A stretch of 64,000 bases of DNA, from positions 85,070 through 149,069 of the forward strand of contig JAZJXT010000001.1 of NCBI GenBank assembly GCA_040390725.1. The letters are read 5' to 3'. Within the stretch, counting starts at the first letter, position 1, and each line of letters opens with the position of its first letter. Made by a program: the position numbers and the translations under genes. The notes beneath the pieces were generated by a model. That model was not told where the DNA came from, did no database searches, and saw nothing but the letters and a program-made list of their open reading frames with translations. Origin of the DNA: Patescibacteria group bacterium. GTDB lineage: Bacteria > Patescibacteriota > Minisyncoccia > Phycocordibacterales > UBA9973. Shown here one piece after another: positions 1 to 11,607 of this stretch.

Positions 1-2409
<2,409 letters not shown>

Positions 2410-2461
2410 CTTTTGCTTTATTTTGTGGTATTATTTCTATAGAAACTTTTAGCCAAAATAT

Positions 2462-3379
2462 ATGTATTACTTTTTGTTCTTTAAAATTGTCCAGATGGTC
2501 GAGAGCGTTTATAATGCTTTCCCATTATTTCATCCTTCATTGGGTGAAGAAATTATACTTGTAGCAACAATGTGTTTTATAACAATTATTTCTACAAGTA
2601 TTTACCTGCACAGGTGCAAAACTCACAAGGCCGTTATTTTAGACTGGAAAGCAGAATTTTATTTTCTACTCATTATCTGGCTGAATAATGGAATAAAAGC
2701 TATTGAGTGGGTGGTATTTCATGTTTACCATCATGCGAATTCAGACAAAAAAGGTGACCCTCATAGTCCAAAAATTCCAATTAAAATTTTTGGCTGGGAA
2801 GTGAAAGGACCGCTAGTTCCGTTGTTAGAGTATTTTTATTTGTACGGAAATGTACCACCTGAAATAAAAAAAAGAGTGGATGCTATGGTAAAAAAGGAAA
2901 ATTGGATATTTAGAAACTTATTTCATAGACTAAGTATCATAGGTCCGATTGTCTTACTTACCGTTTATTTATTTTTATTCGGCCTTGATGGAATTTGGAT
3001 GTTCGCTATTCAGTTTTTTTACATGCCAATAGTTGCTGGAATGGGCATAAATGGTTTTGGGCATGGGAAAAATGTTGTAGATGAAAAAACAAGAGATTAT
3101 TCTGCTGATATTTTTGGATTTTTACAAAAACTTCCAAAATCAATTTATTGGACATTTTTTCCTGTTTGGGCTTTACTAAAAATTATACTTTCCACCATAA
3201 CTGGCGGTGAGTATTTGCATCATTTTCACCATTTGCACCAAGCATCTGCTAAGATAGCAGGGGGGAAATGGGAATTTGATATAAGCTGGTTGGTGATTTA
3301 TGTTCTTTGGGTTTTTGACTTGGCGAAAGAAGTTTATTATTTTAAAGACGGTAAGCGTGTTCATCTCGGGGGAGGTTAA
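2462..3379 (+). CDS. membrane fatty-acid desaturase family protein (acyl-CoA/acyl-lipid desaturase-like)
   Basis: Three His boxes typical of membrane desaturases: HRCKTH, HVYHHANSDKKGDPHSP and HHFHHLHQ; multiple TM segments. Confidence 0.7.
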   Translation: MYYFLFFKIVQMVESVYNAFPLFHPSLGEEIILVATMCFITIISTSIYLHRCKTHKAVILDWKAEFYFLLIIWLNNGIKAIEWVVFHVYHHANSDKKGDPHSPKIPIKIFGWEVKGPLVPLLEYFYLYGNVPPEIKKRVDAMVKKENWIFRNLFHRLSIIGPIVLLTVYLFLFGLDGIWMFAIQFFYMPIVAGMGINGFGHGKNVVDEKTRDYSADIFGFLQKLPKSIYWTFFPVWALLKIILSTITGGEYLHHFHHLHQASAKIAGGKWEFDISWLVIYVLWVFDLAKEVYYFKDGKRVHLGGG

Positions 3380-3395
3380 TGTCATTATCATATTT

Positions 3396-3428
3396 AAGAG
3401 CGTTGAAATATACGCTCTTTCTTTTTAT
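3396..3428 (+). terminator. rho-independent terminator after the desaturase gene
   Basis: aagagcg-ttgaaatata-cgctctt hairpin followed by a T-run. Confidence 0.6.
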
Positions 3429-3477
3429 CTATTTGCTTTTTTTCTGATTATGTGATATCATTGGGTATTCATTTATT

Positions 3478-4563
3478 ATGAAAAAACATTTTAAAAAAAT
3501 CATTCATACGCCCAAAATCGCGATAAGTATCGCTATTTTTATTGCCCTTATTTTAGGAGTTGTTAGTTTCGTTGCAAATAATAATATACAGAAGGCAAGG
3601 TTTGCAAAACTCGGGGAATTTTCAGATTTTACTGGAGCTAATAATATTAACGTACTATCTAAAGATCTAACCTTGGCTTTTCCTGTGGGTGGAAGAATTA
3701 AAGATGTATTTATAAAAGTCGGAGATAAAGTAAAAGCCGGAACAGTTTTGGCAAGTCTTGATTCCGAAAATGCCATTGGCTCGGTGAACCAGGCGAAAGC
3801 ATCTTATGATTCCGCACAGATATCTTATACGAAATTAGTAAATGGTGTTTCTACTCCAGAGGTAGATGTCGCCAAGGTCGCTTTGAATAATGCAAAAAAT
3901 AATTACAATAATACAGTTGCTCAGCAAAAAGTTTTAGTCGCTAATGCTTTTTCCGCAATGCTAAATTCAGGACTTGTGGCTTTGCCTACAATTAATACTG
4001 TGAGCTCTACAGATGTTGCACCACTTATTTCCGGTACGTATACCGGAGCTGAGGGGGCATATACAATTACAATATACACAACAGGAAATGGCGGATATTT
4101 TTCTTTTTCTGGACTTGAAGAGGGTACTGGCCAGGTCAGTGCTGTGCCCGTAAAGTTAGGAACTCGCGGTCTTTATATACAATTTCCTGATAACTTTATG
4201 CAAAACACAAATACTACTTGGGTAATTTCTATTCCAAATACAAAGTCTGTAGGTTATTTAGTACTTTATAATGCTTATCAGTCAGCTTTACAAAATCAGT
4301 CTCAAGCAGTTACTACTGCCCAGGGAATAGTGGATACCACGCAAGCGTTATTGGATCAAAAGTTATCCAGTGCTCGCTCTGAAGACTTGGAGATAGCTAG
4401 GGCTCAGGTTGAAAATACGAAAGGCGCTTTGCAGGTAGCACAAGGAGTGTACGATAATACTATTATTACAGCTCCTATTGATGGTGTTATTGCAAATGTT
4501 TCAATAACTGCCGGACAAATAGCTACAGCAAATACTTCCGCTATCGAATTATTAGCGCAATAA
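3478..4563 (+). CDS. HlyD/EmrA-family periplasmic adaptor (membrane fusion protein): N-terminal TM, lipoyl-like halves and long coiled coil
   Basis: N-terminal TM; biotin-lipoyl-like half (VGGRIKDVFIKVGDKVKAGTVLASLDS); long alpha-helical region; second lipoyl half (IITAPIDGVIANVSI); upstream of an MFS DHA2 pump. Confidence 0.7.
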   Translation: MKKHFKKIIHTPKIAISIAIFIALILGVVSFVANNNIQKARFAKLGEFSDFTGANNINVLSKDLTLAFPVGGRIKDVFIKVGDKVKAGTVLASLDSENAIGSVNQAKASYDSAQISYTKLVNGVSTPEVDVAKVALNNAKNNYNNTVAQQKVLVANAFSAMLNSGLVALPTINTVSSTDVAPLISGTYTGAEGAYTITIYTTGNGGYFSFSGLEEGTGQVSAVPVKLGTRGLYIQFPDNFMQNTNTTWVISIPNTKSVGYLVLYNAYQSALQNQSQAVTTAQGIVDTTQALLDQKLSSARSEDLEIARAQVENTKGALQVAQGVYDNTIITAPIDGVIANVSITAGQIATANTSAIELLAQ

Positions 4564-4577
4564 TTTTTAAAAAATAT

Positions 4578-5222
4578 ATGATTGAAGAAAAAAATACAAA
4601 AAAAGAAAATATATTTCAAAAACCTATAGTTCAAAGCTTGCTCGGTGTTGTTTGTGTATTTTTAATTTTAACAGGATTTCTTTTTTGGCAAGCAAATCAT
4701 GGCACAATATTTATTGAAAATTCTGAAATCAATGCTCCGATTGTAAATTTATCTGCTAGTACGCCGGGCACATTAAATACTCTTTACGTAAAAGAGGGGG
4801 ATGCTGTTTCTGCTAATACTCCTGTAGCCTTGGTAGGTACTTATACAATTTCTTCTAAGCAGAGTGGTGTAATAGTAAATGTTAAAAATAGTGTAGGTGA
4901 ATTTTTCGCTCCAGGAGAAACTGTTGTTTCGATGATACATCCCGAAGATTTACGTGTAGTAGGTTCTATTGAAGAAAACAAAGGACTGGAAAAAATTAAA
5001 ATAGGGCAAAAGGCTTCTTTCACTGTCGATGCATTTGGTGGAAAAGTTTATGTAGGAGTTGTGGATGATGTCAGCCAAACCTCAAATGACACAGGAGTAG
5101 TATTTTCTATTTCTGACAAGCGCCCGATAAAAAAGTTTGACGTAAAAGTTCGTTTCAGCGCCAGTGATTATCCAGAATTAAAAAATGGAATGTCTGCGAA
5201 GATTACTGTTTATTTGAAATAA
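4578..5222 (+). CDS. second HlyD-family adaptor-like protein (TM, lipoyl-like and beta-barrel domains)
   Basis: N-terminal TM; EINAPIVNLSASTPGTLNTLYVKEGDAVSANTPVALV lipoyl-like half; C-terminal beta-barrel-like region; possibly the complementary half of a split adaptor. Confidence 0.6.
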   Translation: MIEEKNTKKENIFQKPIVQSLLGVVCVFLILTGFLFWQANHGTIFIENSEINAPIVNLSASTPGTLNTLYVKEGDAVSANTPVALVGTYTISSKQSGVIVNVKNSVGEFFAPGETVVSMIHPEDLRVVGSIEENKGLEKIKIGQKASFTVDAFGGKVYVGVVDDVSQTSNDTGVVFSISDKRPIKKFDVKVRFSASDYPELKNGMSAKITVYLK

Positions 5223-5227
5223 AATTT

Positions 5228-6733
5228 ATGGATACTCCACCAAAAAACAATCTGCGATGGTGGATTTTATTTACCGTTATTATAGGCACATTTTTAGGTA
5301 GGCTTGATCAGAGTATTGTAAATTTGGCTTTGCCGAAAATAATAAGTGATTTCGGTATTACTATTTCTGCCGCTGGCTGGATAGCTACTGCATATATTTT
5401 AGCCAATGCAGTATTCGTGCCTATTTGGGGAAAACTAGGAGACACGATAGGTAGAAAAAAAGTTTATATTATTGGATTTTCTATTTTTATTTTAGGCTCT
5501 GTGTTGGCGGGTTTGGCCTGGAATCTGACATCTATGATTATTTTCCGCGTGATTCAAGCCATTGCCGGCTCAGCGGATTATCCGACGGCGATGGCAATAA
5601 TAGCTGTCACCTTTAAAGAGGGTAAAGAACGTGCGCAGGCGCTCGGTATTTGGTCTTCGTCTTTTGCGGCAGCCATTGTTTTCGGTCCATTACTCGGTGG
5701 TCCGCTTATTGATAATTTTGGTTGGAGGTCTGTGTTTTTAATAAATTTGCCTATAGGAATTTTGGGTATTTATATGGCATTACGATTTATAAATGAATCA
5801 CGGTCAGAAATAAAAACGAAATTTTTTGATTGGTGGGGAGCATTTAGTTTGGGTGGTGCGCTTTCTGCTTTGGTGTTGGTATTGGACAAGGGTGCTGATT
5901 GGGGATGGTTTTCAGTAGGAAGTTTAATATGTTATTTCTTAGCCATTATTCTTTTTGGATTATTTCTTAAGATCGAGCAAGAAGTACCTGAGCCTATTAT
6001 TGATCTTAAATTTTTTAAAATTCCGGCTTTTGTAAATGCGCTTTTAAATAACTTTGTAGTTTTTATGGGAATGATGGGTGGAATTTTTTTGATACCTATT
6101 TTTGCGCAAACATTTTTAGGTTACAATGCGACGGAATCCGGTTATCTTTTTATACCGATGGCGGCCGCCATGATGTTAGGTTCACCGATAGGTGGAGCAT
6201 TGACTGGAAAAGTAAATTCAAAATATGTGATATTTGCCAGTACGTTAGTGGCATCTGTAGGGATTTTCTTTTTTAGTTTTCTTGATCCAAAATCAACAGC
6301 GCTTGATATTATAATCCCTCTATCTATCATGGCATTTGGATTGGGTTTTGGTATGGCTCAGCGTACGAGTATCATTGCATCCCTCGTTCCGCAAAGTGAA
6401 ATAGGGGTTGCTTCATCAGTTCTTGCATTAGTACGAAATTTATCAGGAGCATTCGGCATAGCGATATTTGCGACAATATTAAACAATAGAACTACTTCAA
6501 ATATTTTGAAGATAAACAGTTTTAGTAAACTATACAGTCATGCATCAACAGATGTTCAAAATTATATTTCGCTTATTATTCTGAAAGCTCAAGTAGATGC
6601 TTATGATTATGTATTCTTGGTTGCTGCGATAATGATTTTTGTAGGAGCTTTTCTTGCGCTTTTGTTAAAAGTAAAAAAGGGGAGTGACAATATCTCAACT
6701 AATAAAGAATTTTTAAATACTATTGAGGCTTAG
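5228..6733 (+). CDS. MFS transporter, DHA2 (EmrB/QacA-like, about 14 TMS) drug:H+ antiporter
   Basis: MFS motif A (GKLGDTIGRKKVY); about 14 hydrophobic segments; 501 aa; directly follows the two adaptor genes. Confidence 0.85.
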   Translation: MDTPPKNNLRWWILFTVIIGTFLGRLDQSIVNLALPKIISDFGITISAAGWIATAYILANAVFVPIWGKLGDTIGRKKVYIIGFSIFILGSVLAGLAWNLTSMIIFRVIQAIAGSADYPTAMAIIAVTFKEGKERAQALGIWSSSFAAAIVFGPLLGGPLIDNFGWRSVFLINLPIGILGIYMALRFINESRSEIKTKFFDWWGAFSLGGALSALVLVLDKGADWGWFSVGSLICYFLAIILFGLFLKIEQEVPEPIIDLKFFKIPAFVNALLNNFVVFMGMMGGIFLIPIFAQTFLGYNATESGYLFIPMAAAMMLGSPIGGALTGKVNSKYVIFASTLVASVGIFFFSFLDPKSTALDIIIPLSIMAFGLGFGMAQRTSIIASLVPQSEIGVASSVLALVRNLSGAFGIAIFATILNNRTTSNILKINSFSKLYSHASTDVQNYISLIILKAQVDAYDYVFLVAAIMIFVGAFLALLLKVKKGSDNISTNKEFLNTIEA

Positions 6734-6772
6734 CTTTTCTTTTTTCTTAAAATAATGTAGATTAAAGTGTAC

Positions 6773-6857
6773 GGAGGCGTCGCATAGCGGTCTAGTGCGC
6801 AGACCTGGAAAGTCTGTGTGGGGAAACCCACCGAGAGTTCGAATCTCTCCGCCTCCG
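6773..6857 (+). tRNA. tRNA-Ser (anticodon GGA) with long variable arm
   Basis: Acceptor GGAGGCG/CGCCTCC; anticodon loop CTGGAAA; long extra arm; T-arm GAGAG-TTCGAAT-CTCTC; CCA not encoded. Confidence 0.85.
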
Positions 6858-6916
6858 CATTGACAAGTTATATATTCTGTGTTTACTATTTTAGTACTTT
6901 GATTACTAAGGATTAC

Positions 6917-8965
6917 TTATTCTGCTTCTTTAGCAAGTACAGAGTTTGCATAATCTTTAGACCATTTAGCGAAAATACCAGTAGGTCCTTTGAGTCCTTG
7001 TGGGGTGAGGATTTCACTGAAATGGTCTTGTTGTAATTTCATTAAAGCATTTTTAGTAGCTGCCTCGAAAGAGGTCGTCTCGTGGCCAATAGATCCGGCC
7101 CCTGTTGTTGCAACAATATATCCATGAGTATTCAAGAATTCCTGAAGTCTCTTTACTTCTTCTCCTTTACTTCCTACTTGCATTCTTAGTTTGAAAAAAA
7201 TAGGGGAAACCTTTTTTACGATGGAGGGCTGTAAAGTCGTTGTAACTGTTCTTGCTTCTGTTGGGGTGGTTGTCGCAGGCGGAGGGATAAGGCGGCCACC
7301 ATTTCCCCTAGGTGGAATGATTGGCTGTGATTCTTCACTACCACTACTGCATCCAGAAGTAGTAAATGTATTGTCTGTGCCCGTGGTTGCATTTCCAGAA
7401 GTATCTACAGAGTAAACTGCATAGTGATAAGTTGTACAAGGTAAAAGACCCGAAATAATAACTGTGTGGGAAGTGACTCCTGCTCCAGTATCAGATTCTG
7501 TCGTCATGCTTCCATAGCTGTCAGTTGTGCCATAAAGTATTTTTGAAGATGATGATGTATCTGTGGTCCATGTAATTGTAGCAGTCGTAGTGGATGGTGT
7601 TGCTGAAACATTTGAAATACTCGGTGCAGTTTTATCAAAAGTTACTGTTGATGCATCTGTTGTTGATGTGGTTGAAGTAGGATTGCTTGCAAGGTCTGTA
7701 GCATCAATAGTGAATGGCACTACTCCTTCTGTGTCGCCTGATATCATTGTGTATGTAGCGCTCCATGTATTTCCAGATGTATTTATAGGTGTAACAGAGT
7801 GTCCCGCGATAGTGACTGTCGGTGTATTGATTGTGTCGTCAGCTGTAAATGTTAAAGTTACATCATTTCCGACTTTTGCCATTGATGTAGAGTTTGTATT
7901 ATTTGAAGAAATAGAAATAGGTGAAAGCATAGGCGGGGTAATATCACTACCTACTACGTTTACAGTAGGAGATGTACCGATATCGGTAAGCCCTCCGGAA
8001 TCAACTGTCTTTGATTTTACTGTAAAGGTGCTTGTCTCTGGAGAAGAAGGCGCTACGGCTCCACTTGCGCCACCTCCGTCGCCGTAAGTTATAGTGATAG
8101 TTTGACCAGCAGTCAAAGAAAGAGCATCAATAATAATATTTTGCCCGGAAAATGTCGGCACAATGGTACCACCTGTTGAGCCCAGCATAATGTGATCCAC
8201 GTAAACTGTATTGTTGCCGATATTTGAAAGGTTGGAAATTTTGAAGCCGAAACTTCTAACGGCGGTGCGGGAAGATGGAATCGAAGCAAAATTAAAAGTT
8301 ACGTAAGTCCAAGTGTCGGCAGAAATTGCCGAACCCAAATTCAAATCTTCAAAAGCGGAGGATAAATCTGTATTGCCGCTGACGTCAAAAGTTAAATCGC
8401 CATTATTGATGGGGCCTGTTGTTCTGATCCAAAATCCAATTGAAGAAAAAGAAGACCAATCTTGAGGAGAAATAGTTTTATACCACAAGCCGTGATTGTC
8501 GTCACTGCTGTTTACGCACTTAATAGAACCTGTGCTCGAATGAAAAACAGAATTATCAACAGTCAGTCCGCCCGTGCAAGCCGTAGGGTGAGAAGTAGTA
8601 TTAGTCCAGTCGGTGGTACTTTCTGCCTCATCTAAAACTCTGCCTACTGTACCATTGGAAGAAATAGTCGTATAACCCGCAATACCGGGTGTGCCTTGAG
8701 GGGCGCTCCATGTTGCTGGCACTGTAAGGGTGATGCCTCCGCTGTTCATTGTTTCAGAGGCAGTAAAAGTAAACGTTAAAGTATTACCTGTTGAGTTTAC
8801 TGTGGTGACTCCTGGTGATGTAGATACAGCTGTCGCGCCTGAACCATCACTAGCATAAGTATTATTAATTTTATAAAAAGTAAACGCTAATAAAAAGACA
8901 CAAAAAAGCAAAAGACAAAATTCCTCTATTTTTAAAATTTTTTTCATAATGAGCTTATTATACAT
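6917..8965 (-). CDS. large secreted Thr/Ser-rich cell-surface protein with Ig/Fn3-like repeats and C-terminal peptidoglycan-binding domain
   Basis: N-terminal signal/TM; long T/S-rich beta-rich repeats; C-terminal LQEFLNTHGY..G..T..A...LQ pattern resembling a PG_binding_1 domain. Confidence 0.6.
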   Translation of the reverse strand: MYNKLIMKKILKIEEFCLLLFCVFLLAFTFYKINNTYASDGSGATAVSTSPGVTTVNSTGNTLTFTFTASETMNSGGITLTVPATWSAPQGTPGIAGYTTISSNGTVGRVLDEAESTTDWTNTTSHPTACTGGLTVDNSVFHSSTGSIKCVNSSDDNHGLWYKTISPQDWSSFSSIGFWIRTTGPINNGDLTFDVSGNTDLSSAFEDLNLGSAISADTWTYVTFNFASIPSSRTAVRSFGFKISNLSNIGNNTVYVDHIMLGSTGGTIVPTFSGQNIIIDALSLTAGQTITITYGDGGGASGAVAPSSPETSTFTVKSKTVDSGGLTDIGTSPTVNVVGSDITPPMLSPISISSNNTNSTSMAKVGNDVTLTFTADDTINTPTVTIAGHSVTPINTSGNTWSATYTMISGDTEGVVPFTIDATDLASNPTSTTSTTDASTVTFDKTAPSISNVSATPSTTTATITWTTDTSSSSKILYGTTDSYGSMTTESDTGAGVTSHTVIISGLLPCTTYHYAVYSVDTSGNATTGTDNTFTTSGCSSGSEESQPIIPPRGNGGRLIPPPATTTPTEARTVTTTLQPSIVKKVSPIFFKLRMQVGSKGEEVKRLQEFLNTHGYIVATTGAGSIGHETTSFEAATKNALMKLQQDHFSEILTPQGLKGPTGIFAKWSKDYANSVLAKEAE

Positions 8966-9052
8966 TATATTTTTTTTAAAAAATAGGGGATGTTGATAAG
9001 TTATAGATATAAAAATGCTTTCTTTTTTCTTTTAATAATGTAAATTAAGAAT

Positions 9053-9820
9053 ATGAAGGTAATTTTACTTAATAAGAAAGAAGGGCAGACTCCGCTGGAA
9101 GCACTAGAGCAATTCCGGAGGAAGAGCAAACAATATGCTCGTGCATCTATGACTTATGCAGGACGGCTCGACCCTATGGCCTCTGGGCTTTTGATAATCT
9201 TGGCGGGGGAGGAATGCAAGAAAAAAGAAAAGTATTTAAATTTGAACAAAGAATATGAATTTGAAGTTCTTTTTGGCTTTGCGACGGATACTTATGATAT
9301 CTTGGGTAAGATTGAAAAAATCGCTAGGCAAGACCTAGCGATGCAAGATTTAAAAGAAAAGATAAAAGAAAATTTAAAATTTTTTACTGGAAAATTTATA
9401 CAGAAATATCCGATGTATTCTTCGAAGCCAGTAAATGGCAAGCCGTTATTTATTCATGCCAGGGCGGGTAGTGTTGTAAAAAGTCCGGAACATGAGGTTG
9501 AAGTTAAAAGTCTAAAATTTATAAAAATGAGAAAAATCGGTAGGGAAAAACTTTTAAAAGATATTGAAAAAAGAATTGTGAAAGTTAAAGGAGATTTTCG
9601 GCAAAAGGAAATTTTGAAAATTTGGCGCAAGGAATTAGGGGGATTGAGCAGAAAAAAATTGTCTGAACAATTTTTTTCTGCGAGTTTCAAAATAAAGTGC
9701 GGCTCTGGCACATATGTGCGAGCTATTGCAAACGATCTTGGCGAAAAAATTAGTGTGCCATCGCTGGCCTTGACTATCAAGCGGACAAAGATTGGTAAAT
9801 ATAGTAGAATAAGCAAATGA
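9053..9820 (+). CDS. truB: tRNA pseudouridine(55) synthase TruB-like
   Basis: Catalytic Asp motif (YAGRLDPMASGLLII); downstream YSSKPVNGKPLFIHARAG matches the TruB YSAxKxxGxRLYExAR motif. Confidence 0.8.
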   Translation: MKVILLNKKEGQTPLEALEQFRRKSKQYARASMTYAGRLDPMASGLLIILAGEECKKKEKYLNLNKEYEFEVLFGFATDTYDILGKIEKIARQDLAMQDLKEKIKENLKFFTGKFIQKYPMYSSKPVNGKPLFIHARAGSVVKSPEHEVEVKSLKFIKMRKIGREKLLKDIEKRIVKVKGDFRQKEILKIWRKELGGLSRKKLSEQFFSASFKIKCGSGTYVRAIANDLGEKISVPSLALTIKRTKIGKYSRISK

Positions 9821-10653
9821 TAGATAGTTCAAGAAATGTTGTTATAGAAAATATTTTAAATAAAAGAGATAAAGTGTCGGGGTCTGAAAATATTCGACCT
9901 CTTCTTTTTATTTTAGGCGGAGGAATGCGTGGAGTTTATGGGGCAGGTTCTGTCGTAGCTTTTAGAAAAATCGGTTTGGGTGATGTTTTTAGTCATGTTG
10001 TAGGTATTTCAACTGGTGCTCCGATAGGAGCATACTTTCTCGCTGGTGATGAGCAAGTACTCTTGGGGGCTTCGATATATTATGAAGAATGTGTCGGCAA
10101 AGAATTTATAAATTTTTTTCGTTTGGGGAAAATAGTAAATATTGATCACATAGTAAAACATATGCGTCACGGCAAAAAAGCATTGGATTGCGAGGCTATT
10201 AAAAAATCTAAAACAGAATTTTATGTTGAGGTTACCCTGAATACAGGTGAGTGCGCTTTGATAAACACAAAGACTGCGAGTCCAGATATGATTTCCTCGA
10301 TACATGCCTCGATGGCTTTGCCTATTTTATATGGTAAAAAAATTATTGTTAATAAGGATGAAGTCAATGACGGGTCATTTTGTAAATATCCTGTTTGGGA
10401 TGCAATAGAAAATTTAAATCCCACTGATGTTTTAATTTTGCCAAATAAAACACTGAAAGACGGTAAAAGTGTTTTGGAAATAAAAAAAGAAATTGCTAAA
10501 TTTTGTAAAAATGTGGAAATTCTTTGGCCTGCAAATATAGAGGTTGGTCAGCTAAATACAGATAAGAAAAAATTAAAATCAGCAGTTGAAAAATCAGCTG
10601 AGGCCACTCTTTGCGCATTTGGTTGTCCGAATGAAAAAATAACTCTTTTATGA
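9817..10653 (+). CDS. patatin-like phospholipase
   Basis: GGGMRGVYGAG oxyanion motif and GISTGA (GxSxG) nucleophile elbow; start overlaps the truB stop (ATGA). Confidence 0.85.
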   Translation: MIDSSRNVVIENILNKRDKVSGSENIRPLLFILGGGMRGVYGAGSVVAFRKIGLGDVFSHVVGISTGAPIGAYFLAGDEQVLLGASIYYEECVGKEFINFFRLGKIVNIDHIVKHMRHGKKALDCEAIKKSKTEFYVEVTLNTGECALINTKTASPDMISSIHASMALPILYGKKIIVNKDEVNDGSFCKYPVWDAIENLNPTDVLILPNKTLKDGKSVLEIKKEIAKFCKNVEILWPANIEVGQLNTDKKKLKSAVEKSAEATLCAFGCPNEKITLL

Positions 10654-10683
10654 TGTTTTTAGGTTTTTTGCTATAATATAAAA

Positions 10684-11607
10684 ATGCTATTTTCCGCGAT
10701 ATTTACGATAGTCGGGCTTTCTCTTTTTGAGGCAATTTCGTCTTTGGATAATGCTGTTATCAACGCTGAGGCACTAGCCACGATGAGTCCCAAAGCAAAA
10801 CGCTGGTTTTTATTATGGGGTTTTTTATTTGCTGTTATTGTTGTGCGTGGTTTTTTACCATTCGTTATTGTCTGGGCTTTTAATCCGACTTTGAATGTGA
10901 TGCAAGTTTTGTCTGCAGCTTGGTCAAACAATCCTATTGTTCATGAATCAATTATGAAATCTTCTCCTATATTGCTCGTAGCCGGGGGAGTTTTTCTTTT
11001 GTTTTTATTTTTACATTGGTTATTTTTAGAGGATAAACATTTTGGCTTACCACAACCCGAGAAATTTTTTATGAAAAAGGGTGTTTGGTTCTATGCTGTT
11101 ATTTCAGTTATATTGTCTCTTGTCGCGTGGTTTGCTTTGAAACATAGTAACATGATGGGCTTTGGCGCAGTGATGGGTTCGACTTTATTTTTTATCACGC
11201 ACGGCTTCAAGCAAAATGCGGAAGAAGCTGAAAAAACTTTGACCAGTTCCGTAGGTTCTGATTTTAGCAAACTTTTATTTTTGGAAATAATTGATGCTAC
11301 TTTTTCTATCGATGGAGTATTGGGCGCGTTTGCATTTACTTTATCTGTGCCTTTAATTTTACTTGGTAATGGATTGGGTGCATATCTTGTGCGTAAATTT
11401 ACAGTAAGTAATATAGAAGTTATAAAAAAATATATTTACCTTAAAAATGGCGCGATGTATTCTATCTTAGCTTTGGGTGTCATTATGATTTTACAAAGTT
11501 TCGGTCACGAAATTCCGGAATATGTTTCTCCACTTATCACTATTATTATTATCGGTTTTTTCTTTTGGAAATCTAAAGTGATGATTAAAAATAATGCAAA
11601 AGTTTAA
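10684..11607 (+). CDS. TerC/DUF475-family integral membrane protein
   Basis: Two internal repeats, each with a (S/A)xDN/DG motif (SSLDNAV; IDATFSIDGVLGAF); about 7 TM segments. Confidence 0.55.
   Translation: MLFSAIFTIVGLSLFEAISSLDNAVINAEALATMSPKAKRWFLLWGFLFAVIVVRGFLPFVIVWAFNPTLNVMQVLSAAWSNNPIVHESIMKSSPILLVAGGVFLLFLFLHWLFLEDKHFGLPQPEKFFMKKGVWFYAVISVILSLVAWFALKHSNMMGFGAVMGSTLFFITHGFKQNAEEAEKTLTSSVGSDFSKLLFLEIIDATFSIDGVLGAFAFTLSVPLILLGNGLGAYLVRKFTVSNIEVIKKYIYLKNGAMYSILALGVIMILQSFGHEIPEYVSPLITIIIIGFFFWKSKVMIKNNAKV

Noticed and set aside
6818-7036. 72-aa plus-strand ORF
   Set aside because: Starts inside tRNA-Ser and runs into the 3' end of the convergent surface-protein gene; no coding signal.
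7191-8087. Plus-strand ORFs 7191-7415 and 7563-8087 inside the large minus-strand surface-protein gene
   Set aside because: They mirror the Thr/Ser-rich repeats, giving Val/Gly-rich translations; shadow ORFs of a repetitive gene.
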